From Patescibacteria group bacterium (GTDB taxonomy: Bacteria > Patescibacteriota > Patescibacteriia > UBA11705 > DATKZF01), in assembly GCA_049319825.1 (NCBI GenBank), contig JBMORT010000006.1, forward strand, positions 235,641 to 299,640: a DNA stretch of 64,000 nt, in the 5' to 3' direction. The position numbers and the translations under genes are program-made. The notes below the pieces were generated by a model. That model saw only the letters and a list, made by a program, of their open reading frames with translations. It was not told the origin of the DNA and ran no database searches. Shown here piece by piece: positions 48,784 through 58,232 of this stretch (position 1 is its first letter; each line of letters starts with the position of its first letter).

Positions 48784-50712
48784 ATGATAAAACCAATTGG
48801 CATCGAACCCAAAAAAGCGGCTGAGCCGCGTTCAAAGACAACCGAGCAAGTCGAAGCCGAAAAGACCAAAAAAACCATTGAAGAGCAGCGCGTTTACGCG
48901 CGCGGTGTCGTTTCCATTTTGGATTTGGTGGCGCCGTCGGCGCTGGAGGTTAAACCGGATTATATTCGTCTCGGATCCAGGTTTATTCGAACATTGTTCG
49001 TATTGACGTATCCGCGCTATATCAGTGTCGGCTGGTTCGCGCCGATCATCAATTATAACGCCACGCTGGACATCAGCATGTTTTTTTACCCGCTAAAATC
49101 GGATATCGTGTTAAAACAATTGAGAGATAAGGTGGGCGTGCTGCGCGCGCAGCTGACCGCGGATGCGGAAAAGGGCGCGCCGCGCGACCCGATGAGGGAA
49201 ACCGCACTGCAAGATATTGAACAGCTCAGAGACGATTTGACTCAGGGTATTGAAAAGTTTTTCCAATTTTCACTTTACACCACCTTATACGCAAAAAGCG
49301 TTAAAGAGCTCGATGATCTGACCGAAGACGTTGAAGACCTGTTCGGATCAAAATTGGTTTTCACCAAGCGAGTGCTGTATCAATCCGAGCAAGGGTTCAA
49401 TTCGACAGTGCCGATCGGCAATGATGAATTGATGATTTCCGCCAATCTTAACTCATCGCCGATTGCTTCTTCTTTTCCGTTCGTTTCATCCGAATTGACC
49501 AGCGATCAGGGGGTGCTGTTCGGCATCAATCGACACAATAACAGCTTGATTATTTTCGATCGTTTCACTTTACCGAACGCCAATGCGGTGGTATTCGCCA
49601 CTTCGGGAGCCGGAAAAAGCTATACCATTAAATTAGAGGTGCTGAGGACAATGATGCTCGGCACGGATATAATGATTATCGATCCGGAAAGAGAATACAA
49701 GCATTTAAGCGACGCGGTTGGCGGCAGTTATGTCAATATCTCATTGGCCTCGGAAAGCAAAATCAATCCGTTTGATTTGCCTCGCCCCGTCGGCGAGCAG
49801 ACTTCGTCTGAAGACATTATTCGCAGCGCGGTGATTACCTTAAAAGGCTTGATTCGGCTGATGATTGGCGACCTGAGTTATCAGGAGGATTCCATCATCG
49901 ATCAAGCCTTGCTTCAAACATACGCCAAAAAAGATATTACTCCGGAAACCGATCTGACCAAGCCGGTGGAGCCGCCGCTGATGGGCGATTTGTATGAAGT
50001 GCTCGAAGGCATGGAGGGCGGGCATGATTTGGCGCTCAGACTGAAAAAATTCACTGAAGGCACTTTTTCCGGTTTGTTCAATTCTCCGACAAACGTTGAC
50101 GTAAAAAATCAATTGGTTGTTTTTTCTGTAAGAGATTTGGAAGACGAACTGCGTCCGATGGCCATTTATAACATTGTCAGCCATATCTGGAACACGGTCA
50201 GATCTGAATTGCGGCGGCGCATTTTAATTATCGATGAAGCGTGGTGGCTGATGCAGCGAAAAGATTCGGCTGATTTCATCTACGCTTTGGTTAAGCGCTG
50301 CCGAAAGTATTATTTGGGCGTCACCACCATCACCCAAGATGTCAATGACTTTTTGATTTCCACGCAGGGAAAAGCGATCCTGCAGAATTCAGCCATTCAG
50401 TTTTTGCTGCGACAGTCGCCGGCGGCGATTGATTTGGTTCAGGAAACTTTTCAATTAACCGAGGGTGAAAGATATTTATTGCTCGAAGCCGGGGTCGGTG
50501 AAGGCATATTTTTTGCCGGCGACAGGCACGCGGCCATTAAAGTGGTCGCCTCGGGTATGGAGGATCAGCTGATTACTTCCGATCCGCGGCAGCTCCTCGA
50601 GATCGAGCGCGCCAGAAAAGAAATGGAAGAAGAAATGGCTGCCGGGCGAGACCAGCTTCAAACGCAGCGACAGCTGAGACAACAATCCGGGCCGGGCGAT
50701 AAATCTAAATAA
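48784..50712 (+). CDS. virB4: VirB4-like type IV secretion ATPase, C-terminal ATPase domain
   Basis: Walker A VVFATSGAGKSYTIK; Walker B RRILIIDEAWWLM; ITQDVNDF. About 640 aa, consistent with the C-terminal two-thirds of VirB4/TrsE/CagE. Confidence 0.8.
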   Translation: MIKPIGIEPKKAAEPRSKTTEQVEAEKTKKTIEEQRVYARGVVSILDLVAPSALEVKPDYIRLGSRFIRTLFVLTYPRYISVGWFAPIINYNATLDISMFFYPLKSDIVLKQLRDKVGVLRAQLTADAEKGAPRDPMRETALQDIEQLRDDLTQGIEKFFQFSLYTTLYAKSVKELDDLTEDVEDLFGSKLVFTKRVLYQSEQGFNSTVPIGNDELMISANLNSSPIASSFPFVSSELTSDQGVLFGINRHNNSLIIFDRFTLPNANAVVFATSGAGKSYTIKLEVLRTMMLGTDIMIIDPEREYKHLSDAVGGSYVNISLASESKINPFDLPRPVGEQTSSEDIIRSAVITLKGLIRLMIGDLSYQEDSIIDQALLQTYAKKDITPETDLTKPVEPPLMGDLYEVLEGMEGGHDLALRLKKFTEGTFSGLFNSPTNVDVKNQLVVFSVRDLEDELRPMAIYNIVSHIWNTVRSELRRRILIIDEAWWLMQRKDSADFIYALVKRCRKYYLGVTTITQDVNDFLISTQGKAILQNSAIQFLLRQSPAAIDLVQETFQLTEGERYLLLEAGVGEGIFFAGDRHAAIKVVASGMEDQLITSDPRQLLEIERARKEMEEEMAAGRDQLQTQRQLRQQSGPGDKSK

Positions 50713-50727
50713 TAATAAAAATTCAAT

Positions 50728-51321
50728 ATGCTAGACAGACTATCAGTCGGATCGAAAATCATCATATTATCCTTAATCGGCATTATCATCATTGCCGCCA
50801 TTGTTTTGGGTTTTTTGTATTACCGACAGCGCCAACAGCCGACCGGACCGGCGGTGATTGATGAAACGACCTCTCCGCCTCGGCAGACGATTATTCCAAC
50901 AGAACCGTCTAAACCGTCGGTGGTATTGCCCGCCATGACCGATGAAGAAAAAAATTCCGAAGAATTGACCAATTTGGCCAAGATTTTTGCCGAGCGATTC
51001 GGCAGTTTTTCCAATCAGGGCGGATTCGATAATTTGGATATTGTTCAGTCGATGGCGACCGACAGCATGAAATCATGGCTGGTCAGTCAGAAAAAAAGCT
51101 TGGAACAGAAGTATCCGATCAGCGATGCGTATTATGGAGTAACCACTCAATCGCCGATCGCCAAAGTATTGAGTTATGGTGAAAATAACGCTTCTGTGCT
51201 GGTAACCACTCAGCGGCAAGAAAGAAAGAATGGTGATGAAAATAATTATACGCAAGACATAAAAATTGAATTTGTTAAAATAAACGGCAATTGGTTAATC
51301 AATGCAGCATACTGGCAATAA
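50728..51321 (+). CDS. membrane-anchored protein (N-terminal TM, Pro-rich linker, ~130-aa globular domain); possibly VirB8-like
   Basis: MLDRLSVGSKIIILSLIGIIIIAAIVLGFLYY TM anchor. The placement between VirB4 and ComFC, and the bitopic architecture, fit VirB8/TcpC-type proteins. No sequence-level proof. Confidence 0.3.
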   Translation: MLDRLSVGSKIIILSLIGIIIIAAIVLGFLYYRQRQQPTGPAVIDETTSPPRQTIIPTEPSKPSVVLPAMTDEEKNSEELTNLAKIFAERFGSFSNQGGFDNLDIVQSMATDSMKSWLVSQKKSLEQKYPISDAYYGVTTQSPIAKVLSYGENNASVLVTTQRQERKNGDENNYTQDIKIEFVKINGNWLINAAYWQ

Positions 51322-52024
51322 AAATCTTTTTTTTCGAATACAGAACGCTCTCCTCGATTTATTGTTTCCCAAAAAATGTTTGGGTTGCAAGCAGGAGGGT
51401 TGTTTTTTGTGCGCGGATTGCTTCGCTGGTTTAGAGGTTGGGGTTGAGAAAAAATGCGCTATTTGCGGCCGAGAAATATTAAATTTAAATCAAATTTGTG
51501 AAAATTGCCGGCCAAATTTTTTGTTCGATTCGATCTGGTCGGCCAGTCATTATCAAGGGCTGATAAAAGAACTGATCAGCGCTCTCAAATTTGATTACAT
51601 TGAGGAAATCGCCGAGGGATTGGCTCGACATTTCGTGCGGGCGATTGACAAAGCCGGGTTAGCTGATAAACTGAAGGGACAGATTATAACACCCGTGCCG
51701 CTTCATAAAAAGCGGTATTTGGAAAGGGGATTCAACCAATCAGAATTGATTAGCGCGAAAATAGCGGAATTATTGGGAATGAAATTAGCTCGGGGTGCAT
51801 TATTAAGGATAAAAAACACGCGTCAGCAGTCCAAACTTAACAAATCAGAAAGGATTGAAAACATGCGCGAGGCGTTTAGCGCCACTCTGGCGCCGGCGCC
51901 GGAATTCGTTTTTTTATTCGATGATGTTTTTACCACCGGCCAGACCACGAATGAGGCGGCCAAAGCGCTGAAGATCGCCGGTGTCAAGCAGGTTCATGTT
52001 CTGGCGATAGCTCAGGGGAGATAG
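51302..52024 (+). CDS. comFC: ComF family protein (ComFC-like phosphoribosyltransferase-domain competence protein)
   Basis: N-terminal Zn-finger CxxC...CxxC (CLGCKQEGCFLCADC ... CAICGREI). SASHYQGLIKELISALKF; PRTase motif FLFDDVFTTGQTTNEAAKALKIAG. Confidence 0.75.
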   Translation: MQHTGNKNLFFRIQNALLDLLFPKKCLGCKQEGCFLCADCFAGLEVGVEKKCAICGREILNLNQICENCRPNFLFDSIWSASHYQGLIKELISALKFDYIEEIAEGLARHFVRAIDKAGLADKLKGQIITPVPLHKKRYLERGFNQSELISAKIAELLGMKLARGALLRIKNTRQQSKLNKSERIENMREAFSATLAPAPEFVFLFDDVFTTGQTTNEAAKALKIAGVKQVHVLAIAQGR

Positions 52025-52025
52025 A

Positions 52026-52149
52026 GTTACAAATTTACATATTGATTACATATATTACAAATGGTTACAAATACCATAAATAGTTATCTGGCGATCATAT
52101 TGGTAACCCATTTGTAATATTTGTACATATTCGTAATTTGTAACCGTAT
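52026..52149. promoter_or_regulatory. repeat-rich intergenic region with at least 8 copies of GTTACAAAT/ATTTGTAAC-like words in direct and inverted orientation, upstream of murG
   Basis: gttacaaatttacatattgattacatatattacaaatggttacaaataccataaatagttatctggcgatcatattggtaacccatttgtaatatttgtacatattcgtaatttgtaaccg. Confidence 0.35.
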
Positions 52150-53196
52150 ATGAAAATATTATTTTCCGGCGGCGGGACAATGGGATCGGTGATGCCTCTG
52201 TTGGCGATAAAAGATGCGCTGCAAAATAAAAACGCCGAGTTTTTTTGGATTGGCACGAAAAACGGACCCGAGAGAGAGGTAATCGAAAAGTCGGGGATTC
52301 GATTTTATTCAATTCATTCCGGTAAACTAAGGAGATATTTCAGCTTGGCAACATTGATTGCTCCGGTTTTATTGATTGCCGGCGTCTGCCAAAGTTTGCG
52401 GTTGATATTAAAATTTAAACCGGACATCATTCTGGCCGCCGGTGGTTATGTCGGTGTGCCGGTGGTCTGGGCGGGCTGGATGCTTCGAAAAAAAATAATT
52501 GTGCATCAGCAGGATTTAATTGTCGGTCTGGCCAATAAGCTGATGACCCCTTTGGCCGATAAAATTACTGTCAGTCTGGAAGAGCAAAAAAAATGTTTTC
52601 CGCAAAATAAAGTGGTGGTCACCGGAAATCCGGTGAGAAAAATGATCTTTCAGGGTTCAAAAGATTCCGCGATCAAGCGTTTCGGTTTGTTGGCGGATTT
52701 ACCGACGATATTGGTAATGGGCGGTGGTACCGGCGCCTTGGCGATCAATAAGTTGATCCGACAGCTGCTGCCTGAACTGGTCAGATTCTGTCAAATCATT
52801 CATCTGACCGGCCCGGGCAAGAAATTATATTTCCAGCATCGGCGATATCATTCGTTTGAATTTTTAAATCAGGAACTGGCCGATGCCTTTGCGGCCGCTG
52901 ATTTGGTCATATCCAGAGCGGGATTTTCGGCGCTGACGGAATTAGCGGCGTTGGCCAAGCCGGTAATTTTAATCCCCCTGCCGAATGACGATCAATTAAG
53001 CAATGCTCGATATTTCGAGACGAAAAAAGCGGCGGAGATCTTTGATCAGGAAAAAATGACCGGCGCTGAATTGCTAAAAAAAATTAAAACGCTATTGAGC
53101 GATAGTCAATCGGCTGCCGCCTTGTCGGGCAATATCGGGCAAATAATGAGCCGAAACGCCGGTCGATTATTCGTTGACGTCATCAATAATTTATAA
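52150..53196 (+). CDS. murG: UDP-N-acetylglucosamine--N-acetylmuramyl-(pentapeptide) pyrophosphoryl-undecaprenol N-acetylglucosamine transferase
   Basis: MKILFSGGGTMGSVMPLLAI (G-loop 1) ... ILAAGGYVGVPVVWAG ... LVMGGGTGALAIN ... LVISRAGFSALTELAALAKPVILIPLP (typical MurG GT28 motifs). Confidence 0.85.
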   Translation: MKILFSGGGTMGSVMPLLAIKDALQNKNAEFFWIGTKNGPEREVIEKSGIRFYSIHSGKLRRYFSLATLIAPVLLIAGVCQSLRLILKFKPDIILAAGGYVGVPVVWAGWMLRKKIIVHQQDLIVGLANKLMTPLADKITVSLEEQKKCFPQNKVVVTGNPVRKMIFQGSKDSAIKRFGLLADLPTILVMGGGTGALAINKLIRQLLPELVRFCQIIHLTGPGKKLYFQHRRYHSFEFLNQELADAFAAADLVISRAGFSALTELAALAKPVILIPLPNDDQLSNARYFETKKAAEIFDQEKMTGAELLKKIKTLLSDSQSAAALSGNIGQIMSRNAGRLFVDVINNL

Positions 53197-53225
53197 TACA
53201 ATTTACAACGGTTGTTTCGGCGGTT

Positions 53226-53576
53226 ATGCAGGAGGGATCATTGGAAAATAGGCCATTTGAACTAAAATGCCGAGAAGTGATGGCGTTTTTGGAAAGCACG
53301 GGCGCGATTTTTCGTATCAGTGGCGATCTGCTGCCGGCATATCGTCTTGAATTGGTGACGACACAAGGCGGGCGAGTCAATGGTTTCGGGTATTTGAATT
53401 CAGCCAAACAAGCTATCGTTTTTTGGACAAAAATCCCCCAACCGGCAAATCCGAATATTTCGATGCTACGTTATTCGATCATTACCGCCGGCAGTTTTGC
53501 TTGGCAAGACATCGCCGTGACCTCGGACAAGCAATTCATTTTTGAGCGGGCAACCAAATTCTTTCATGAGGCCTAA
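53226..53576 (+). CDS. hypothetical protein (116 aa)
   Basis: ORF in the gap between murG and a tRNA. No motifs. Confidence 0.35.
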   Translation: MQEGSLENRPFELKCREVMAFLESTGAIFRISGDLLPAYRLELVTTQGGRVNGFGYLNSAKQAIVFWTKIPQPANPNISMLRYSIITAGSFAWQDIAVTSDKQFIFERATKFFHEA

Positions 53577-53647
53577 GCTCTGATCACATCAGAGTTTTTT
53601 AAATTAAAAAAAACAGGCTAATCCTGATTTTACGATAAATGGTCGGA

Positions 53648-53724
53648 TGGTGGGTCCTCTGGGATTCGAACCCAGGACGCCCAGCTTAAAAGGCTGGCGC
53701 TCTAACCGACTGAGCTAAGGACCC
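53648..53724 (-). tRNA. tRNA-Lys (anticodon TTT), CCA encoded
   Basis: Minus-strand GGGTCCTTAGCTCAGTCGGTTAGAGCGCCAGCCTTTTAAGCTGGGCGTCCTGGGTTCGAATCCCAGAGGACCCACCA. Anticodon loop CTTTTAA. Confidence 0.8.
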
Positions 53725-53929
53725 TCCGTTTAAAAATCATAAATGCCAAATTACATACTCCACGATAATCAATCCAAATCCCAATTGCCTGATATTCAAT
53801 GAAATTGCAATTTAACAAAACTATGGATATTATACGGCATTTGAATTTAATTGTCAATATTTTTGGTTGACAAAATAGATCGTTGATATTAAAATGATAA
53901 TATTAATATAGCGGTCAAGGAGGGCGGCA

Positions 53930-54145
53930 ATGGCCGATTTTAGTGATCAAATCGATTCATATTATTTTTCAATCGTCGATAAATGGCTGGCCGAGGGGCG
54001 GCGAAAATTCGGCTTTTGCATCATTAGCCCTGTTCAAGCCAATCATATCGTTAATTATTTGATTGAAAAACAATTTGAGGTTCGCAGTTATTTGCAAAGC
54101 CAGGTCACTTTTTTTGAAATCGATGATACGCCCGGCAAAATTTGA
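53930..54145 (+). CDS. small hypothetical protein (71 aa)
   Basis: Strong RBS aaggaggg 7 nt upstream of ATG; no recognised motifs. Confidence 0.35.
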   Translation: MADFSDQIDSYYFSIVDKWLAEGRRKFGFCIISPVQANHIVNYLIEKQFEVRSYLQSQVTFFEIDDTPGKI

Positions 54146-54302
54146 TGATTGATTAGAAATTGCTGACACCAAGCGGGCTGCTTAATGGTTCGCCTCAGTC
54201 AATAACCTCATGCTGCTGAAATCAATATTCGGCAGTTTTTTAATTAAATGGAAGAGTGAAAAGTGCAGCGGTTCATAAGTCAGATGAATTTAAGTTTAGT
54301 TT

Positions 54303-57005
54303 GTGCTAAAATTAAGATATGATAAAAATATGGCCGGAAAAAAAGCTTGGCACAATTTTAGCGTAGAGCAGGTATTGGGAAAGTTAATGACTTCAGAAAA
54401 TGGTTTGACCGGGCAAGAGGGGGAAAAAAGATTGTTAAAATTCGGTTTGAATAAAATTGAAGAGGAAAAGCCTTTTTCTGCGATCAAGCTGCTGTCTCAT
54501 CAGTTCAAGTCTGTTTTGATATTGATTTTAGTCATTGCGGCCATTATTTCTGCTTTCTTGAACGAATGGCTGGATGTCTCTGTTATCATCGGAGCCGTGA
54601 TGATCAATGTCGCCGTTGGATTCCTTCAGGAATATAAAGCGCAAAGAGCGTTGTCTGAATTAAAAAAAGTATTAAAGCCCCGCGCCATTGTTTTTCGTGG
54701 CGGGAATAAAATTGACATCTCGGCTGAAGAATTGGTGCCCGGAGACATTGTTTATTTGGAAGCGGGTAATCAAGTGCCGGCTGACGTTCGATTATTAGAA
54801 GTCAACCAATTTCAGACTCAGGAGGCCATATTAACGGGAGAATCGGAGGCGGTCATAAAATCCGTTGAACTGATCAAAAAGGAATCGGTAATTACGGCGG
54901 AAAAAAAGAACATGGCGTTTATGGGTACATTGGTCAGCCAAGGAACGGCTTTGGCGGTGGTCGTCGAGACTGGCATGTCCACTGAAATCGGAAAAATCGC
55001 GCGAATGCTGAAGGCCGAAAAAGACGAAAAGACCCCTTTTCAGCTACAGTTACAAAAGTTTGGCCGAAAAATTGGAACGGTTTTAATTTTTCTGGCAGTG
55101 ATGATTTTTGTTTTTGGCATTATCAGCGGCCGCGGCGTTTCGGAAATATTCCAAGTATCGGTTGCCAGCGCCGTTTCCGCCATTCCTGAAGGTTTGCCCG
55201 TGGCGGTAACGGTGATTTTAGCTATCGGTATGCAGCGCATTTTAAAGAAAAAGTCTCTGGTTAGAAAATTAGTGGCGGCGGAAACTCTCGGCTCAACATC
55301 GGTCATTTGCGTGGATAAAACCGGAACCATCACCACCGGCGTGATGAAGCTTGAAAAAATTAGCACTCACGATCGAGACTTGACTTTAAATAAAAAGAGA
55401 TTGATTGAACCGGAGAAATTTTTATTTTTGGCCGGTGCTTTATGCAATAACGCCGCGGTCAGTAATCCGGAGGAAAATAAAGAAAAGTGGAGGATCATCG
55501 GTTCACCCACTGAAAAAGCGATTTTAGAGGGTGCGTTGGCGCAAAATATTGATTTTCTTTCTTGGCAAAAAGAGTACCCGAGAATATCAGAGTTGCCGTT
55601 TGCCGCGAAATACAGAATGATGTTCACCATTCATAAATTCAGTGATGAAAAAAATCGAATATTCTGCAAGGGCGCACCTGAAAACGTGATGGAGCTTTGC
55701 CAATATTATTTAGGGGATAAGCAGGTTTTGATGACCGGAGATATCAGGCGATATTTACAGGAAAAATATTTGGCATACAGCCAAAAAGGATACCGTGTAT
55801 TGGCGGCGGCGTATCAAGATCAGGATAATAAGATAAAGCAGATCATCCGTGATAAAAAATACGTTTTTTTAGGTTTTTACATTATCCGCGACCAGTTGAG
55901 GCCTGGTGTTAAACAAATAGTCAAAGATATTAAACGCGCCGGTATAAAGATGGTGATGATTACCGGTGATCATGAGCTGACTGCCAAGGCCGTGGCTAAA
56001 GAAATAGGATTGAACACCTCCGCTGGCGCAGTCATGAACGGAGAAACGTTAGCCAGGATGAGCGATGAGGCATTGGCTCGAGAGATTGATAAAATCAGTG
56101 TTTTTGCCAGGGTAAGCCCTCGGGATAAATTTAAAATAGTTAATGCTTACCAGCGTATCGGTCAGGTGGTGGCCATGACCGGCGATGGCGTCAATGACGC
56201 GCCCGCGTTAAAAACTGCTGATGTGGGTATCGCTGTGGGCGGAGGATCGGAAATTACCAAGCAAACAGCCGATCTGATTTTACTGGATAATCGTCTCTCG
56301 ACCATTGTGGATGCCATTGGAGAGGGCAGGGTGATATTTCAGAATATAAAAAAAGTGATTGTATATCTGCTCGCCAATTCGTTTTCGGAAATTATATTAA
56401 TTTTCGGCAGCTTGCTTTTGGGGTTGCCTTTACCGCTGACGGCAGCTCAGATTTTGTGGATAAATTTGGTGACCGATAGCCTGCCCGCCGCGTCTTTGAC
56501 CTTGGAAAAAAATGAACCCGGAATAATGAGGGAGTCTCCGATTCCGCGCGGAACGAAAATAATGGACAGGGAAATGTTATCAATAATTTTTATTATCGGA
56601 CTTTTAACCGATATAATCATATTCGGTTTATTCTATTGGCAATACAGCATTCAAACGGTTGAAATTTCTCAACTCAGAACATTTATTTTCGCAACTTTGG
56701 GTTTGGGCACGTTATTTATCATTTTTAGCTGCCGCAGCCTGAAGCTATCAATTTTAAAAATAAAATTTTGGACGAATAAGTGGCTCTTGGGAGCGGTGGC
56801 ATTGGGAGCGCTAACCATTGTTTTGCCTATATATATTCCCGCTTTATCCGGAATTTTTGATTTTGTCCCGCTTGATTTAAACAGCTGGCTGTTATTGCTC
56901 ACGGCTTCGATTATCCGGTTGATCGGCATCGAAATCGTAAAATATATTTTTGTTAAAAAAAACGGGAGATTTTTCAATCGTTTCGACGCTCGAAAAATTG
57001 CATAA
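54303..57005 (+). CDS. P-type cation-transporting ATPase (PII-type, Ca2+/Mg2+ family)
   Basis: Phosphorylation motif CVDKTGTITTG; TGES; MITGDHELTA; hinge VAMTGDGVNDAPALKTADVGIAVG; 10 TM. Alternative start at M 54330. Confidence 0.85.
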   Translation: MLKLRYDKNMAGKKAWHNFSVEQVLGKLMTSENGLTGQEGEKRLLKFGLNKIEEEKPFSAIKLLSHQFKSVLILILVIAAIISAFLNEWLDVSVIIGAVMINVAVGFLQEYKAQRALSELKKVLKPRAIVFRGGNKIDISAEELVPGDIVYLEAGNQVPADVRLLEVNQFQTQEAILTGESEAVIKSVELIKKESVITAEKKNMAFMGTLVSQGTALAVVVETGMSTEIGKIARMLKAEKDEKTPFQLQLQKFGRKIGTVLIFLAVMIFVFGIISGRGVSEIFQVSVASAVSAIPEGLPVAVTVILAIGMQRILKKKSLVRKLVAAETLGSTSVICVDKTGTITTGVMKLEKISTHDRDLTLNKKRLIEPEKFLFLAGALCNNAAVSNPEENKEKWRIIGSPTEKAILEGALAQNIDFLSWQKEYPRISELPFAAKYRMMFTIHKFSDEKNRIFCKGAPENVMELCQYYLGDKQVLMTGDIRRYLQEKYLAYSQKGYRVLAAAYQDQDNKIKQIIRDKKYVFLGFYIIRDQLRPGVKQIVKDIKRAGIKMVMITGDHELTAKAVAKEIGLNTSAGAVMNGETLARMSDEALAREIDKISVFARVSPRDKFKIVNAYQRIGQVVAMTGDGVNDAPALKTADVGIAVGGGSEITKQTADLILLDNRLSTIVDAIGEGRVIFQNIKKVIVYLLANSFSEIILIFGSLLLGLPLPLTAAQILWINLVTDSLPAASLTLEKNEPGIMRESPIPRGTKIMDREMLSIIFIIGLLTDIIIFGLFYWQYSIQTVEISQLRTFIFATLGLGTLFIIFSCRSLKLSILKIKFWTNKWLLGAVALGALTIVLPIYIPALSGIFDFVPLDLNSWLLLLTASIIRLIGIEIVKYIFVKKNGRFFNRFDARKIA

Positions 57006-57048
57006 AAATTTTAGTATATTTGGCGAATTGGTCTAAACAATTAACTTT

Positions 57049-57774
57049 ATGTTCGAATTTAAAACACCAATCAAATTGGAAAGAGATGAAGAATTTATCC
57101 TGAAGGTGCATCATTATTTTTTCGTGTTTGCGCCGCATTTGGCGTTTACATTTTTAATCATCGTGCTTGATTTCTTTTTACTGTTTCTGTTGTTTAGACA
57201 AGGCAACTGGGGAGTCTGGATTTTTTTGGCGGTATTGGCGTTTAGTGTTTTTTACGGATTGCGAGTGATATTTTTCTGGTATAAAAATTATTTCGTCATT
57301 ACCGACAAACGTTTGATTGATTTCGATCAAAGCGGACTTTTTTCTAAAAAAGTTTCGGATTTGCCGTTTGAAAACATAAAAGAAGTATCATTTCGCCAGC
57401 AGGGATTTTGGCAAACGGCGTTAAAGTTCGGCAACATACATTTGAGCCCGATCAATACCGATAAGTCATTTGTTTTATTTAATATCAAGGATCCGGGAGA
57501 CGTGCAAAGCTTATTGTCAAAGTTTGTGAAAAAATCCAGGCTGGCGCCAGCCCCAGAAAATTCATCGGCAACAGACGACGCCGAGGATTTATCTCCTATT
57601 TTGGCGCAGATAGGGAATTTAAGCGATGCGGGGCAGATGAAACTAATGGATATTTTAAAAAATAAATTAATGGCAGATGAGGATAAAATCGCAATAAAAC
57701 ATGGCAAATCAACGGAAAAAGAAGAAGCTGACGAAGACTTTCTAAAACAATATTGGAAGGAAGAAAATATTTGA
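57049..57774 (+). CDS. membrane protein with bacterial PH-like (YdbT/bPH_2-like) domain
   Basis: Two N-terminal TM helices followed by ITDKRLIDFDQSGLFSKKVSDLPFENIKEVSFRQQGFWQTALKFGNIHL. Confidence 0.4.
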   Translation: MFEFKTPIKLERDEEFILKVHHYFFVFAPHLAFTFLIIVLDFFLLFLLFRQGNWGVWIFLAVLAFSVFYGLRVIFFWYKNYFVITDKRLIDFDQSGLFSKKVSDLPFENIKEVSFRQQGFWQTALKFGNIHLSPINTDKSFVLFNIKDPGDVQSLLSKFVKKSRLAPAPENSSATDDAEDLSPILAQIGNLSDAGQMKLMDILKNKLMADEDKIAIKHGKSTEKEEADEDFLKQYWKEENI

Positions 57775-57805
57775 ACAGCCCATTACTTTTTGCTATAATT
57801 TAAAT

Positions 57806-58228
57806 ATGAAAAAGAATTTCAGATCTTTATGGAGCAGCTCGAGGCTAATTTACGCTTTGGGGATAATTTTAATAATCGCTTTTTCTGTCGCGGGCAGCAA
57901 GGAATATATTAAAAAGCACCAGCTGGATAAGGAAATCGCCGAATTGGAAAGTGAGGTCGCCAGTCTTCAAGTTGAACAAGAGGAATTTCTGCAGCTTTTG
58001 GAAAATTATAATTCTGAAAATTTTATCGAACAGGAAGCCCGCGTTAATTTTAATTATAAAAGGAAGGGCGAGCAGGTGGTCATCATTCGTAGCGATGAAA
58101 ATAAAGTGTATTTAAATTCAAATAATGTTTCCGGCCAAGAAAACACATCGGCTTTAGCTGACGATGTCGAAAAAAGTTCCAACCCCAAATTGTGGTGGGA
58201 TTATTTCTTTGGCGAGAAAATAATGTAA
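57806..58228 (+). CDS. septum formation initiator family protein (FtsB/DivIC-like)
   Basis: N-terminal TM (LIYALGIILIIAFSVAG) then coiled coil KEIAELESEVASLQVEQEEFLQLLENYNSENFIEQEARVNFNYKRKGEQVVII, matching the FtsB/DivIC pattern. Confidence 0.55.
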   Translation: MKKNFRSLWSSSRLIYALGIILIIAFSVAGSKEYIKKHQLDKEIAELESEVASLQVEQEEFLQLLENYNSENFIEQEARVNFNYKRKGEQVVIIRSDENKVYLNSNNVSGQENTSALADDVEKSSNPKLWWDYFFGEKIM

Positions 58229-58232
58229 ATTT

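Noticed and set aside
54150-54302. Possible metal-sensing riboswitch (for example M-box) in the leader of the P-type ATPase
   Set aside because: I could not find the conserved M-box or other riboswitch core motifs by eye. The protein also looks like a Ca2+-type (PIIA) rather than an MgtA-type ATPase. Left unannotated.
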